Below are positions 48,127 through 64,000 of a DNA stretch of 64,000 nucleotides, one piece after another. The notes under the pieces were generated by a model that made no database searches, had not been told where the DNA came from, and saw only the letters and a list, made by a program, of their open reading frames with translations. Where the stretch lies: contig CP075492.1 in the NCBI GenBank assembly GCA_021613535.1, positions 18,910,001 to 18,974,000 of the forward strand, written 5' to 3'. Source of the DNA: Adineta vaga. Lineage: Eukaryota > Animalia > Rotifera. A program made the position numbers and the translations under genes. The number at the start of each line of letters is the position of its first letter. Positions within the stretch are counted from its first letter, which is position 1.

Positions 48127-48882
48127 TCAGATTTGTGCCGCACCTCCATCGACGAATAATTCGATGCCTGTCACATAGCTGCTATCGTCTGATGCAAGGA
48201 AAACTACAGGTTTAGCGATTTCATCAGGTGTACCAATGCGATTCATAGCTGTAGTACCTTTGACATAATCGACAAACGCTTTTTTTTCTTCTTCAGTGTT
48301 TCCGAAGCTTCTGAACATCGTTGTTTCGATGGGTCCTGGACTAACAGCATTGACTCGAATCTTGCGTTCTTTCAGATCAACTGTCCATGTACGAGCAAAA
48401 GATCGAACAGCAGCTTTCGTAGCACTGTAAACACTTGCACCAGCATTTGCTTTAACGGTAGCAGCTGATGCATTCAAAATAATCGATGCACCATCGGCAA
48501 GAATCGGCAATGCTTTCTGAACAGTGAACAGCAGTCCTTTTACATTGGCATTAATCATATCGTCGAAATGCTTCTCCGTAATTTGACCCAATGGTGCAGA
48601 TTCTACGGTTGCAGCATTAGCAAAGATAATATCTAAGCGACCACTTCTTGTTTTTATTAAGTCATACAACTTGTCAAGGTCTGCCAGATTAGATGCGTCA
48701 CCTTGTACTGCTGTCACATTTTTACTACCTATTTTTTTGATAGCTTCATCTAGTGCATTTTGACGTCGTCCAGTAATGTATACATGTTCTGCCCCTTCAA
48801 TGACGAACTGTTGAGCTGCAGCGAAACCAATACCATCAGAACCACCTGTAATAAGAGCAATTTTTCTATCAAGTTTACCCAT
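48127..48882 (-). CDS. classical short-chain dehydrogenase/reductase, bacterial-like, intronless
   Basis: TGGSDGIG, ANA, YSATK, NAVSPGPI, FLASDDSSYVTGIELFVDGG. Confidence 0.93.
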   Translation of the reverse strand: MGKLDRKIALITGGSDGIGFAAAQQFVIEGAEHVYITGRRQNALDEAIKKIGSKNVTAVQGDASNLADLDKLYDLIKTRSGRLDIIFANAATVESAPLGQITEKHFDDMINANVKGLLFTVQKALPILADGASIILNASAATVKANAGASVYSATKAAVRSFARTWTVDLKERKIRVNAVSPGPIETTMFRSFGNTEEEKKAFVDYVKGTTAMNRIGTPDEIAKPVVFLASDDSSYVTGIELFVDGGAAQI

Positions 48883-50158
48883 TTCGATGAATCGGAAAGC
48901 AATTACGAGTAGTTGTTTTCACTTTGTTTATATACGTAAAAAATCTTAACTGTTCTATTCTATATATGCGTGTATATAAATGTGACGCTGTTCTCTTTCG
49001 TCGTATATAATGACACAGCATTTTTTCGTCGTCATCATTATGACGAAGCATTATTTTCCTTGCACGATGAAAAAGTACGACCTCCAAAAAAGAAAACGTA
49101 AATTATTTTTATTTAATATTTTTTCTCTTATATTCTGGTACAATTATGGACCTGTTAAGAGAGTACACAATGAAAATAGCATTTCTTTCAACAACTTGCA
49201 TCTTTTCATGATAACGAAGATTCATATTTCGATCTTTATAGCAGTTCTGATGATGATCATGATAATGATCAAACTTTTCTCAACTTCATCAGATATTGAG
49301 GAATTAAGTGATTGTCTATAAGATTCTATCATTGTTCACTACAGCAGTTAATAAAACTAATAAAATAATTGTAAACTAATTCAATTATATTTCTAAAAAA
49401 GTGAATATTCCTATTAGAAGATCCGAGATCTTTTATTACGAGGGAATATTTGTTAATAAATATAATTTCAAAAAACCGCATTGAAAAGAAGATCATCATA
49501 TTCAAAATAATCTGTTTATACATTTTGAATTCTATTATAAAAAGAAAGAATGTTTATATCAAACACTTCATCGATTAATTATATTATTTCAATTTATATT
49601 CGAATTCAATATTTTACAAAATAACGTTCTATTTTAATATAAATATTTAACATAAATTACATCTTGATATTAATCAGTACAAAAAGAAAATTGTTATTTT
49701 CATAAATAATAAAATGAGAATATTTTTCTGATTATTATTGTTCTTTAAAGTTCTTTACTTTATCATGAATACATTATTTTTTAATTATAGAAAATAAAAT
49801 ACTTAATCTAAAATCCGCTACTGGCAAGTTTCTATCAGACAAGAGATAAATGCAATATTTTAATTATATTCTAGAATTTTATGATATATTTTCTACCCTT
49901 GAGATGGTTATTTAATTGAAAAAATATTGACTGCACTGAATTTATAGCTACAGACGTTAAAAGAATATTGAATCAAACGAAAGTCTAAAGGTTATTATAA
50001 AATTGATGTCTTCAAACAACTTTAAATACTAAATGAGAAAATTCTTCATACGTTAATATTATTTAAAAGTATTTAATCTCCAAGAAAAATGTTTCTCAAA
50101 TATATTTTTAAAACATATCAATTCATTTTCTTTTAGATTTACTAGCATATAAAAAAAC

Positions 50159-51082
50159 ATGTCGAATTTAACATCAACATTACCATCTATACTCAATATA
50201 CTTCAAGAACAATTAACATATATTATTCTTCCAATTTATGCTTTTCTTGGTATATTTGGTAATATTTTTTGTATTATCTATTTCTTACAAAAATCTCAAC
50301 GTTCAAGTTCATGTGCATTTTACCTTTTACTTGCTGCCATTATAAATATGTTTGCTCTTACATTTGGTGTTACAACAAATATTTTGAATCTTCGGAAACC
50401 AATAATAACAACATTTCTTATCTATTGTAAATTACGTATGTATACTAATCATACATCATTATTTATTGGAAGAATGCTCACAGTTTTGGCATCAATTGAT
50501 ATATATACAATGACTTCTCAAAATCGTACTTGTCGAATGTTTAGTCAACGATCAAATGCTATTAAATGTTCCATTGGTATTATTATCTCTTGTCCTTTAA
50601 TTGCTATTCATATGCCAATTATGACTACAAGTATTGCTAATCAATGTGTAATGCCAGGTATATATTCATTGATATTCTCGATTTATCAAATGTTAATTGC
50701 TGGTATTATACCACCATTATTAATGATTATATTTAGTTGTCTTGCGTATTCAAATTTACAAAAATTGAATATGCGACAGAATTCTACAATAAAACGGCAA
50801 CATTTACGTATGGTAACAACTCAAATTATTGTTTATATTATTTCAGCAGAATTTGTACCAATTATGACACTTTATAGGCAATTAACATCAAATATAACAG
50901 ACAAAAGTCAAGATAGAAAATCTATTGAAACATTTATTAGCTTTATTGCATCGATTTTACTTCTATATCTTAACACATGGGCAGCATTTTTCATCTATTA
51001 TGCAACATCTTCAAATTTTCGAATGGTTTTTATCCAAATTTTTAAAAAGAACAATCGAATTGAACCATTAGAAATGACATAA
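50159..51082 (+). CDS. orphan rhodopsin-like GPCR
   Basis: LGIFGNIF, YCKLRMY, ASIDIY (DRY variant), FFIYYATSSNFR. Confidence 0.85.
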   Translation: MSNLTSTLPSILNILQEQLTYIILPIYAFLGIFGNIFCIIYFLQKSQRSSSCAFYLLLAAIINMFALTFGVTTNILNLRKPIITTFLIYCKLRMYTNHTSLFIGRMLTVLASIDIYTMTSQNRTCRMFSQRSNAIKCSIGIIISCPLIAIHMPIMTTSIANQCVMPGIYSLIFSIYQMLIAGIIPPLLMIIFSCLAYSNLQKLNMRQNSTIKRQHLRMVTTQIIVYIISAEFVPIMTLYRQLTSNITDKSQDRKSIETFISFIASILLLYLNTWAAFFIYYATSSNFRMVFIQIFKKNNRIEPLEMT

Positions 51083-51201
51083 ATTGGAAAGACTTATTCC
51101 ATTAAATCACAATCATTCCAAGGATAGCTGATGATTTAATATATTCGACACGATTCAGTTTTTTTTTTTGAAATATTGATTTGTATCATGTATTTACCAG
51201 C

Positions 51202-51311
51202 AGTGTCACATTACCGCGTTTTTGAGACGCACCCTCATCTCTCACTGGAGATCAGCTCATCTTCTGAGAGAGATGAGGATGCATCCCCGATCTCCAAGAT
51301 ATGTGACACCA
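51202..51311. mobile_element. short palindromic MITE; partial relative at ~54836-54866
   Basis: gtgtcacat/atgtgacac ends and inner ccctcatctctc/gagagatgagg. The motif cccgatct..gatatgtgacaccac recurs near 54840. Confidence 0.5.
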
Positions 51312-51420
51312 CTCTTCTAATTGAATTTCGTTTATATTTTAACCATCTTTATTTATTAGAATATAAGAATGTAGATGAAATAAAAACACTCACACTGTTC
51401 CGCACCGAAATTTCTCAAGA

Positions 51421-52478
51421 TTATTCTTGTTCTGCTAGAGATATATTTGAAGGTGCATTATAAGGATGAACTGTATTGTAATTCGATACAAATATTCGTT
51501 TTATTGATTTCCAACATTTCTTTATTAGAAAATATTTCACTTGACTACGATATCGTGATGATGTTATTAAAAATATATAGAAATTACACTAAAATAGAAA
51601 AAATTATTCAAATATATTAATTACAATAAATAACTTACTGAATATGCCCAGAGAATTAATGATGCAACAATTGCAGAAATTAATTGAGAAATTGAATATA
51701 AAAGTATATTAACTGGAGATATAATAACATTTAATGAATATACTCGAAATATTGTATAAGGTGATATAAAAATAACAAAAATACTAACACGTACAATAAT
51801 CATTGCTGTCATTTGTTGATCTAAACGTCTTCTTCGAATAGAAATTTGTCTTCGAATAAGATGACGAACATTTTTATAAGCTAAAAGAGCAAATAAAGAT
51901 GAAATAAATATTGGAATAAGACCATTTAAAAATATATAATAAACAAAAGCATAATAGTCTTTTAAACTTTGATTAATTATAATACAACCATATACAGGAA
52001 TAATATTATAAAATATAATATAAGGTATACTATGTAGAATCCATATAATTATTGTTATAAGAACTAAATATCGTGCAAGTTTTATTGTACTTAATTTTCT
52101 TAAATAAAATCGATGATTTGTTGATAAATATTGATCTAATGCTTCAAAACATACAACAGAACCAATCATAAGTCGACTTGGTTGACCGAATAATGTTTTA
52201 GTTTTACACCAGAATAAAGATTTAAGTGATGGATCATTTCCTGATATTGTTTGATAAATTTGAGGAAGAAAATAAAATAAAAGAATTGAATTACTTAAAT
52301 GAGATTCTACAATTAAGTAAAAGGCACAAGAATTACCACGAAAAAGTTTTAATTTACTAAATACTAATAAATTTAAAGTATTACCAATCAATCCAAAAAT
52401 AAATATGATATAATTCACATATAAAGTATATTTTTGTGAAATATCAAGTAGATAAATAGCAATGGATGAAGTAGACAT
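51421..52478 (-). CDS. orphan rhodopsin-like GPCR, 2 exons
   Basis: FGLIGNTLN, WCKTK, ALDQY. Intron ~51638-51589. Last exon CNFYIFLITSSRYR...EQE*. Confidence 0.85.
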
Positions 52479-53507
52479 TTTAATTTTCAACTATATGAGT
52501 TAGATCTCGAGAATGAAAATATAACTGTTTTTATTCTCTTTGTAATTTTAATATATTTTATGAATAATATACGCAGAAAATAAAATGTGACAGAACAAGA
52601 TGAAATGATTGACATCTAAAGATTAATCAAAAGAATTAAAGCTAAAACAGCTAAAAGAACAACTAAGTAATGGAATTACAAAATCCATAGTTGAATTTCT
52701 GAATATATATGTATATAAACTCAATACTTATGTCCTGTCAAATCATCAGCAATATTCTGATGTCTTTTTTTTTCATTCAACGGTGAAGGTGAAGATGATG
52801 GTACATCTGAAGAATAGATATTCATCATCAAAATCAATCTACTTCTCTGCTATTAAGTAAAATACATATATAAAAAGACTATTATTAAATATTTGTTAAT
52901 ATTCAAACAAATTCTCTTCTATGTATTGATCGTTTCAGAATCGATTGTGATGTTTTGTATAAGAAATTATTCAATTTTGTTATATTCAACACTGTAATTA
53001 AAGTAAGTGAGTGGCTATGAACGTGAGCGCAAAAACGAGATCGACACCCCCAAAAGCATCATAATCCGAAGCTAAGACTGACGTCAACACTTGGATTTGG
53101 ATTAACAAACCGACAGTGTAAGAGACAATAGTCAGAAATTTCTAAAGAGTAGCATCCTCATTCATCTTGAGGATGTGAGTATGTTTCCATTTAGAGATAG
53201 TCCATATTCACACCCATACTGATCTCTGTAGCTTGAAATGATTAGCAGATAATACGAAAAAAACGACCTAAATTCTATTTTGAAGATGGTGGTTAGGATG
53301 TGTGTATGGATAGAGAGAAGACAAAATCACACCGACACCTTCGACGAGAATAACTTTCCAATACAATACAAATCATGAGGATGTACAGTAAGATTTAAAT
53401 TCCGGAACGTCAGAAATATGTATTTTATTTTGAAAAGAGAAATACAATGATTATACATAAAACTATCTATTTCAATGAAAATACGAGAAAAAAAACATAT
53501 GATATGA

Positions 53508-53876
53508 TTATTTATTCGGATCGATTGATTTAATATTTCTATCATCAATAATAAATAACCAATCAAGTTCAACACCATTAACATTATTAAACGGAGCATT
53601 CAGTTCTTGTATCTGTTCATTTGTTCGATTAACTTCAATTGTTCGAATTGTTTGACGTACATGAAATGAACCCATATTAAATTCTTCTTCATCAATTTTT
53701 ATTTGAGTATCTTTTGGTAATTGAAATTCTACACGTCGTTCATGAATATGTTCATCTTCAGTACGAATTGATTCATATAAAATTCGTACAAAAACATTAC
53801 TATTTGATTTATTTAGTATTGTACATCCGTGAACTAAACATGGTGCAGCACGTCCGATCAAACCAGTTGGCATCAT
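53508..53876 (-). CDS. 122-aa protein of unknown function
   Basis: Clean ATG-stop ORF with globular, beta-rich composition; no recognised motif. Confidence 0.6.
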   Translation of the reverse strand: MMPTGLIGRAAPCLVHGCTILNKSNSNVFVRILYESIRTEDEHIHERRVEFQLPKDTQIKIDEEEFNMGSFHVRQTIRTIEVNRTNEQIQELNAPFNNVNGVELDWLFIIDDRNIKSIDPNK

Positions 53877-54898
53877 ATATCGGTTTTTGTATGTTATTTC
53901 AGTTCGATTGCACGAGAAAATGAAGTAGAAAGAGGAAAAAAAGAAACATATATCACTAATTTATTTGTTTAGTAACATTTAATGGAAGAAAGAGAACAGA
54001 AATGTAAGAGAAAAACGATATACCGACAGTTTTTAACACATATAACGATTCTTTAGATGAAAAACATGTGGAGACGTATAGTCTATTTAGAATCAATATA
54101 TTCTAATCGATAAAAGGTAAATGAATATGAATAGAATTTGTTGATGTTCTATAATGTGTTGAAAAACAAATCATTGAAATTCAATTTATTGTTTATTTAC
54201 TAATCTTGACGGTGTCGATGAGTTGCAATTCGAGAAAAGACAATATTGAAGTCTTATTTGTATATTCATTCAAGATTTTGATACAATCTGATGAGCTTTG
54301 TAGCTGTACACATCTTTGTTTTCAGTAAAATTGAAATCTTTCATTCAAATCCACAATCTGGAGATGAAGCATGAGAAATCAAAGTTTGATGAGATATTCT
54401 AGAATTACTTTTACTGTCAATCTGCATAGACAGAAATACACGCTTTTGGAAAAAAAACAACAACAAAACGACAATCCAGCATCGATTTCTCACGAAGAAT
54501 AAATGTAATATTTGATTTGCTTGGATCGATATTGATACAACTATGATAATATGCTGATGAATCAAATAACAAAAAAATTCATGGACGTGTTAGACAATTC
54601 TTTTGAGTTCTCACTTCGAGAAAATCTGATAGTTGATCAGATAGAATAAGTAAAATATGTCAAATGATCGATTCAAATGCTTTTCATGTGTTTATAGAAA
54701 TATAAAATAGGTACTTCAGCGCGTTAAACAAGACAAAATCTCAATTGATAAAAGTAGCGCAACTAGCGACGAAAGGTTCTCAATTGTCAAATCGCATCTT
54801 GAGGACGTCGGTGAAGATACGAGACATCTCTAACATTCCCGATCTGCGGGATATGTGACACCACGCACATATTTTCTCTTTTTCACAAACTGATACAC

Positions 54899-56472
54899 AT
54901 GCCTGATACAAAAACTCATCCAACAAAAACAAATGTCTGCTTCAACTGGACTCGTCTTGTACTTTCGGCTACTCTCCCGATGATACTCGGCATTTTTACG
55001 ATCATTTTCACACTACAACAAAACTCGATTTCAAGTGCTACTCGTGAACAGGATCGACTACATGCAACTGAACTTCGCCAGCAAGTCATTTACGATGATT
55101 ACATTCATACAATATCTGACTTGTTACTTAGAACATCGTTCAATCGAACTAATCAGCATCAATTAAATCACATTGGATTCAAAACAGTTGATGTCATACA
55201 ACATTTGAATCATGCCCAAAAACGGGATGTGATTTTCTTTCTTTATAGTCATGAACTGAATCGAAAGACTATGCCAGAGAATCAACGCGTTATTCTCAGT
55301 GGAGCTGATCTAACTAACGTTCATTTCGTTCAGTCAACTCGTACGAATTGCAATCTTCGCAATATATCTTTAACATATATTCTCGCTGCCAAGATCGTAT
55401 TCGACAGATGTGACATTAACTACGCCGGATTTGAAAATGCATGGCTCGTTGGTGCGAAATTCATCAACTCACTAATGCAAGGTGTGCATTTTTACAAGGC
55501 TAATTTAACTGGTGCTGTATTTCACGGAGGAAATTTGAATAAAATAAGTTTTTCACATGCTAGTCTGGTCAACACACGATTCTCGGAAATAAATTCTGGA
55601 AACTTTGATTTCACCAATGCTGATCTTTTGCACAGTGACCTAACTAACAAATATCTGTGGTCTTCAGGACACACTATCGTTAATACTCGATTGTCCAATG
55701 GTTCTTTCAGCGCAATTAGCAGTTCTAATTTAATCGCTAATGGTGGCGCAGAAAACGATGTAAGTGCGAGTATGATCTCTAGTTGTACGAAAGAGTGAAC
55801 TTGATGATCCTGGCCGGAGTCTTTTATCAGAACTGGCGTCAGTTAGTCAGGGGTGCTCGACTATAATTACTCAGAAATTGCAGAAGATGTTGCCAAAATT
55901 GACTTCTTGATTTTTGTAGTGTGTTGCTGGCCGTCTTAGACGTTGGAATCCGCTTTCTGGGCATCAACCGCTTGATGTTTATGACACAACACGCTCTGAA
56001 ACGACTATTCTCCCAGCTGTCAATGGAAAATGTTACTTTCGTAAGATAACTTCAAGTCGTATGTTTCAACTAGTCTCACACACCTCCTATTCACTGTTGA
56101 TCAATGCGGAGATGGCTTATTTCAATATTTCCGCCTATATGGGCTGTACAATAGCGAACAGAAATAATGACCATATCCTGATCGATATGAGATGTTGGAA
56201 TGAATATTATGCTGGAAATGTGTGCGCTAAATTAAGTATGACAGATACATTTTCACTTTTTCTTCTGCATTTTTCATTAATTCTTAGGAATGAGTAAGAA
56301 CGCGTCTGGCTTTCAATATCAATCAACAACTGGATTAATTCCAAAAGGGACTGCACATTTTCGAGTTTGGGTGGAAACAAATATATTGTTTCCTTCTAAA
56401 CACAATGATAGTATTGTACAAGCTTGTTTCGTCGACGACATCAAATTGTTTATTTTCAAGAAAGAAAATTGA
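54899..56472 (+). CDS. TM + pentapeptide-repeat protein with C-terminal jelly-roll-like domain, 3 exons
   Basis: TM LVLSATLPMILGIFTIIFTL; repeats ADLTN, ANLTGAVFHGGNL, ASLVN, ADLLH; NLIANGGAE. Exons 54899-55759, 55920-~56235, ~56288-56472. Confidence 0.75.
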
Positions 56473-56905
56473 TAGGACAAAGAAGTTCAGTTGTTCGCTT
56501 CTCTTATTTGATGTTTTGTGAATAAAAACGGCGCGAAGTGTGGTTGGAAAAGGATATACGAAACTACGCACGCACACTCTCCTTTCGAAAGTTATCATGT
56601 AAATGATTTATTCTCTTTCTCGTAGAGAAGAGTCTTACAAACATAAATTGCCTATGCACAGTTCACTGATTATGGTCGAAAAATAAGATGCAAATAAAAA
56701 GAAATCCGTTTTATAAAGTTTGCTCCAAGGGTAATCGCAGTTGAGGAACTCGAATCTGATTTACCTTGTTAAAATAAAGACAAAAATGAATAAAATTGAA
56801 TTCTTACGAAATTCTGATCTTATCTTTCTCACTATTGTGAAATTACATTTACGCACGTGTTTTATTCATTCGACAACCTATCTTCTGTATTATAGAATAT
56901 ATAAC

Positions 56906-57874
56906 ATGTCTACTAAATTTGAAAATCTTTCCTGTGAAATAATTATGATTATAATGGAATATATTGATAATCCACTAATGATTTTCTTCAATTTAAATTC
57001 TTATATAAATCAAATATTATCTGATCATCGTATAAAATTAAATATTAAAATTGAAAATGATCAATATAAAATGAATTCATTACCAATCAATTTAACACGT
57101 TTAATCTTGATGGATTTTAAAGGTCAAAATTTACGAAGATTTAATATTTTAAAATCACTTAATTTATTTATCAATGAAAATATGATAAGTAAATTTAAAC
57201 TTCCATTATCATTAGAATATTTTAAAATACATTTTCATAATGATATATCATCATTGTTATTTCAATCATTACCAACGTTAACACGATTACAAACTTTGAT
57301 TATAAATAGTAAAAAATTAATAGAACTTTATTTTCCTATTGATACAACTATATTTAATCGAAATATCAAAATATTACAATTAAAAAATATCTCAACAGTT
57401 GTTTCATCGATCTACGATTGTGAAGAATTAAGTCAATTGAAATATTTAGAATTACAATTGTGCAAAATTGATGAACTATTTCATAATATTTCATTTAGTT
57501 TTCCTTCTCTTTTAAAATCTTTAATTATTCGATTTCAATTATCATTTACAAATTTAGAATATTTACTTAATAATTGCATGGAAAACAATTTAAAACGTTT
57601 AGAACTCTATAGTGAAAGTAATATTCCACAATTGGATTATTTTGATGGAAAACGATGGTGTAAATTATTTGAACGATTTCAAACATTAACAAAATGTCGA
57701 ATTGAATTAACTCAAAAAGGTCAACGGGGAATTTATAACAATATTCATCGAGAATTTACACAAGAATTGCAACGAATGAATGAATTAAAAGAAAAATGGA
57801 ATATGAACTGTTTCTCTTGTTGTCCAGGAAAACATGGAACAACTTTATATATACGAATTTCAGCAAATTTGTGA
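56906..57874 (+). CDS. F-box/LRR-like protein
   Basis: N-terminal FENLSCEIIMIIMEYI F-box-like motif, LxxLxL repeats, FDGKRW motif. Confidence 0.65.
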   Translation: MSTKFENLSCEIIMIIMEYIDNPLMIFFNLNSYINQILSDHRIKLNIKIENDQYKMNSLPINLTRLILMDFKGQNLRRFNILKSLNLFINENMISKFKLPLSLEYFKIHFHNDISSLLFQSLPTLTRLQTLIINSKKLIELYFPIDTTIFNRNIKILQLKNISTVVSSIYDCEELSQLKYLELQLCKIDELFHNISFSFPSLLKSLIIRFQLSFTNLEYLLNNCMENNLKRLELYSESNIPQLDYFDGKRWCKLFERFQTLTKCRIELTQKGQRGIYNNIHREFTQELQRMNELKEKWNMNCFSCCPGKHGTTLYIRISANL

Positions 57875-58119
57875 ATTTTTTACACTAAATTGGATTGTAA
57901 AGTGTACGGGAATGAAGTTGAGGGTGGGTGTGAATAAGAGTGAAGAAGATATACTCACACTCTCAAGATGTGATAATAACTTTCTAGTCTCTGAATTGTG
58001 TTCACTACGATTTTGTTCAGCACGTGATTATAATCTAAATTAAAACTGGTTCATATATTCCTATGATTTATTCGTTTAAATAATTGCGATATGAACTTTG
58101 ATAATAATATGAAAATATA

Positions 58120-59741
58120 TCAAAAGAATTTCGTCCAGGCAAAGAAAAAATTATATATTCGTTTAAAAATTGATGGATAATCATTATCCCAACAGTTAAC
58201 TTTAGGATTATAAAATTGACTAATTCGAATTAATTTTGTTGTTGCTGTTTCCCAATTAAAATTTGGTAAAGTTATATTTTTAATTGAAAATACATAACGT
58301 ATTAATTCAAGTAAATATATTTTCTGTTGATTATTTTCTTTCATTGCATATAAACGTTGATAATGACCAAGTAAACAAAGTGTTGAATGTATATCATACG
58401 TAGCTCCTGGCATATAATCACCTCCAATATCATATATTTGTGTCCATTGAAGATATTTTATATATTCTGAATCATTTTTATTTAAACGATGAAGTTCTTT
58501 AGTAAGGTCTTCAATTGTTTCATAATCATCAACATGAATATATGAATTTGGTACACCTATACGTTTATATTGTTCTTTTGAAGCACCTAAAACAATTGGT
58601 ACAGCTTGACTATTAAGTCCATTCATCCAATATTTTTCTGTAATATATGTATCACATTTAGAATTTTCAAATGATAAATAAAAACGATAATTTGATATTG
58701 TTGTTTGTGTACAGTTTGTTATACCTTTTGGACATCTTATTGGTACAATACGTGAATTAAATAATGATGAACAAAAACCAAAAATATCAACTTGAATACC
58801 TGGTTGTGATCGTAATTTTGAAACATATTCTTCTCGACCAGAATGACTATGACAATTTGATACAAACCATGCTATGTAAATAATATTTCGATTTAAAATT
58901 CGTGGAATGATTGGTTTTAAATAGGGTTGAAGAGATTGAATTAAATCATTTGATAATGGTTTATTACAAGTATATGGACAAACTTTTGAATGATAATTTT
59001 GTCGAATATTAATTTCATTAATTAATACTTTTGAAAGTATATTTAAATAAGTTGAATTTAGATTTTCAAATAAATTTGATTGAAGAATAAATGATGAATA
59101 AATAGTACGATTAAATTTGTAATTGAATTTATTTTCAAGAAGATTTATTATTTCAGGTTTAATACGATATCCCTAAAGAAATTTTAATTAATTAATTCTT
59201 TATTTTTTATTCTATATTGATTGAAACATACTTTATATTGAATATGAATATCAGATTCTGGTTTTAATGTTGCTGTTAAATTAAACCAATCATCAAGATC
59301 TGTTATATTCGTTATTTGAACTGTTTCATAAGATTTTTTTGGTGATTCTTCAGTATGTAATAACCATAATTGTGATTGATATTTTTTTCGATAAGATTCT
59401 TTTCCATTTGATAATTTTGGTAAACGAACTAAATCAACTAAACTAACAAAAATTCCATCAGCATAGGGATATTCTTCTGGATCAAGTAAACCACATATTT
59501 GTTTTAAATTTTCATTAAAAAGACTTGTATGTGAATCAGTACGTTTACCATATGTTGTTGTATAATGAGAAATATAGATTTTTTTAAATAAATCTTTTCT
59601 TTCACTTACAAAACGAACTTGAGGAATAAATGGTTGAAATATTTGAATTATTGAATAATAAAATATGAAAATAGATATTGAAATAAAACAAATTATATAG
59701 AATAAGATTCTTCGTGTAAATTTAGTTTTATTAATAAACAT
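58120..59741 (-). CDS. alpha-1,3-fucosyltransferase (GT10), 2 exons
   Basis: Type II TM, TEESP, AWFVSNC, YRFYLSFENSKCDTYITEKYW and VPIVLG. Intron 59231-59173. Confidence 0.9.
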
Positions 59742-60832
59742 TTTAAATAATAATATTTATAATCATTTTTATTATCTAAGAAATAATGTCACTATGTATT
59801 GATTGAAATATTCAAATTTATTTGCACATTTCTGTTGGTAAGAAGAAAAGAAAAGTGTTATATAAACTTTTCGTTCTTTCAGTTACGTTTAAAACTATTA
59901 TAATTACCATGACATTTCTTTTATGTTCGTTGTTGATTGTTTTTTCTTTAAATGTTGACATTTCGAATGAATGAAAACTATTTATAAATCAATTTCATTT
60001 GTGTGTGAGTATATGAACAATCATAAGACGAAAAGAATGGAATTTAGTGGAAATGTTATAAATTGATTTGTTTTTTGTCAGAGAAATTTCAGTTTAAAAT
60101 CAATAAACATACCAACAATTCAATACAATTTGTTATAGGGAAAACGTAAATGAATAAGATTTGGTGTAAAAATTGGAAAAATATCTAAGTATAGGTACAG
60201 CGATCAGTATATTATCTCGAAAAATATCATTATTTGAATCAATTTATTTTCAAAGTATGACTGAATTTTCTAATGTTATTCTTCTAAAAAGGTTATATCA
60301 GTAAAACTTACTACATAAAAGTCACTGTATGATATAAAAATATTCTCTCATCGATTAAAACGAAAGTTTTGAAAAATAACGATTTGACGATTACACAATG
60401 TATAATAAATCTTTTCTTCTGTTTGTTGAAGTACTTCATAAATTAAGAAAGGGTTTATCTCTTCGTCAAGTACGTGATTGTTAAAGTAGAATGGGATATT
60501 TTTTATTAAATGTCAACAAATGATAATATAGTTCAATTTAAATTAGAACAGTTAGAATTTAAAAAGTTGAAGCTACAGAGAAAATAAACGTTAACTATAC
60601 CTAAGAATGTATCACTGCGATGAATTAGTTCTTTTTTCAAAAATTGTTAAGAACCGCGGTATTGATTGAAATTTTTTTCCATGGAACCCTTTACAATTCA
60701 AATAGATATGTTTTTAACTGTATACATCGTTAAACATGAATAGAGCGATCATATATAAAATTATTACGAATTCTTTCCTATAAGATGTTTTTCAAAATAA
60801 GAAGCGAACAATTCATCTTAGCGTGTACTGTA

Positions 60833-64000
<3,168 letters not shown>

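Noticed and set aside
59173-59231. GT10 intron translating as YRIKNKELIN, similar to the next exon's YRIKPEIIN (intron gain by duplication?)
   Set aside because: The match is short and AT-rich and cannot be distinguished from chance by eye.

Overview
AT-rich eukaryotic DNA with ~50-60 nt GT-AG introns. It is most likely a bdelloid rotifer (inferred from expanded orphan rhodopsin-like GPCRs, an AvGluR1-type glutamate receptor, many bacterial-like genes and TGTGGG telomere-type repeats). The window holds about 19 protein genes: DED-TM-DM9, two head-to-head DCGG Cys-repeat paralogues, TM-mucin-Kelch, a small TM protein, NHL, four short GPCRs, iGluR, a DUF3494 ice-binding protein, a three-module 2TM protein, a giant LDLa/EGF GPCR, SDR, an orphan, a pentapeptide-repeat protein, an F-box-like protein, GT10 and the 3' part of an ABCB1-like gene. 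It also holds three defective DDE transposons with intact ends (Tc1 DD37E, Tc1 DD34E, MULE) and many MITE/Helentron-like relics. The most unusual signals are: (1) more than 10 dispersed head-to-head telomere-repeat hairpins, (TGTGGG)n-unique spacer-(CCCACA)n, some lying at breakpoints or inserted in introns; (2) a gene that appears to splice three 2TM/Cys-rich-loop modules into one chain, a possible single-chain ENaC/P2X-like trimer, with sharp conversion-like tracts; (3) a death-effector-domain/TM/DM9-lectin receptor. All calls were made by eye; no searches were run.
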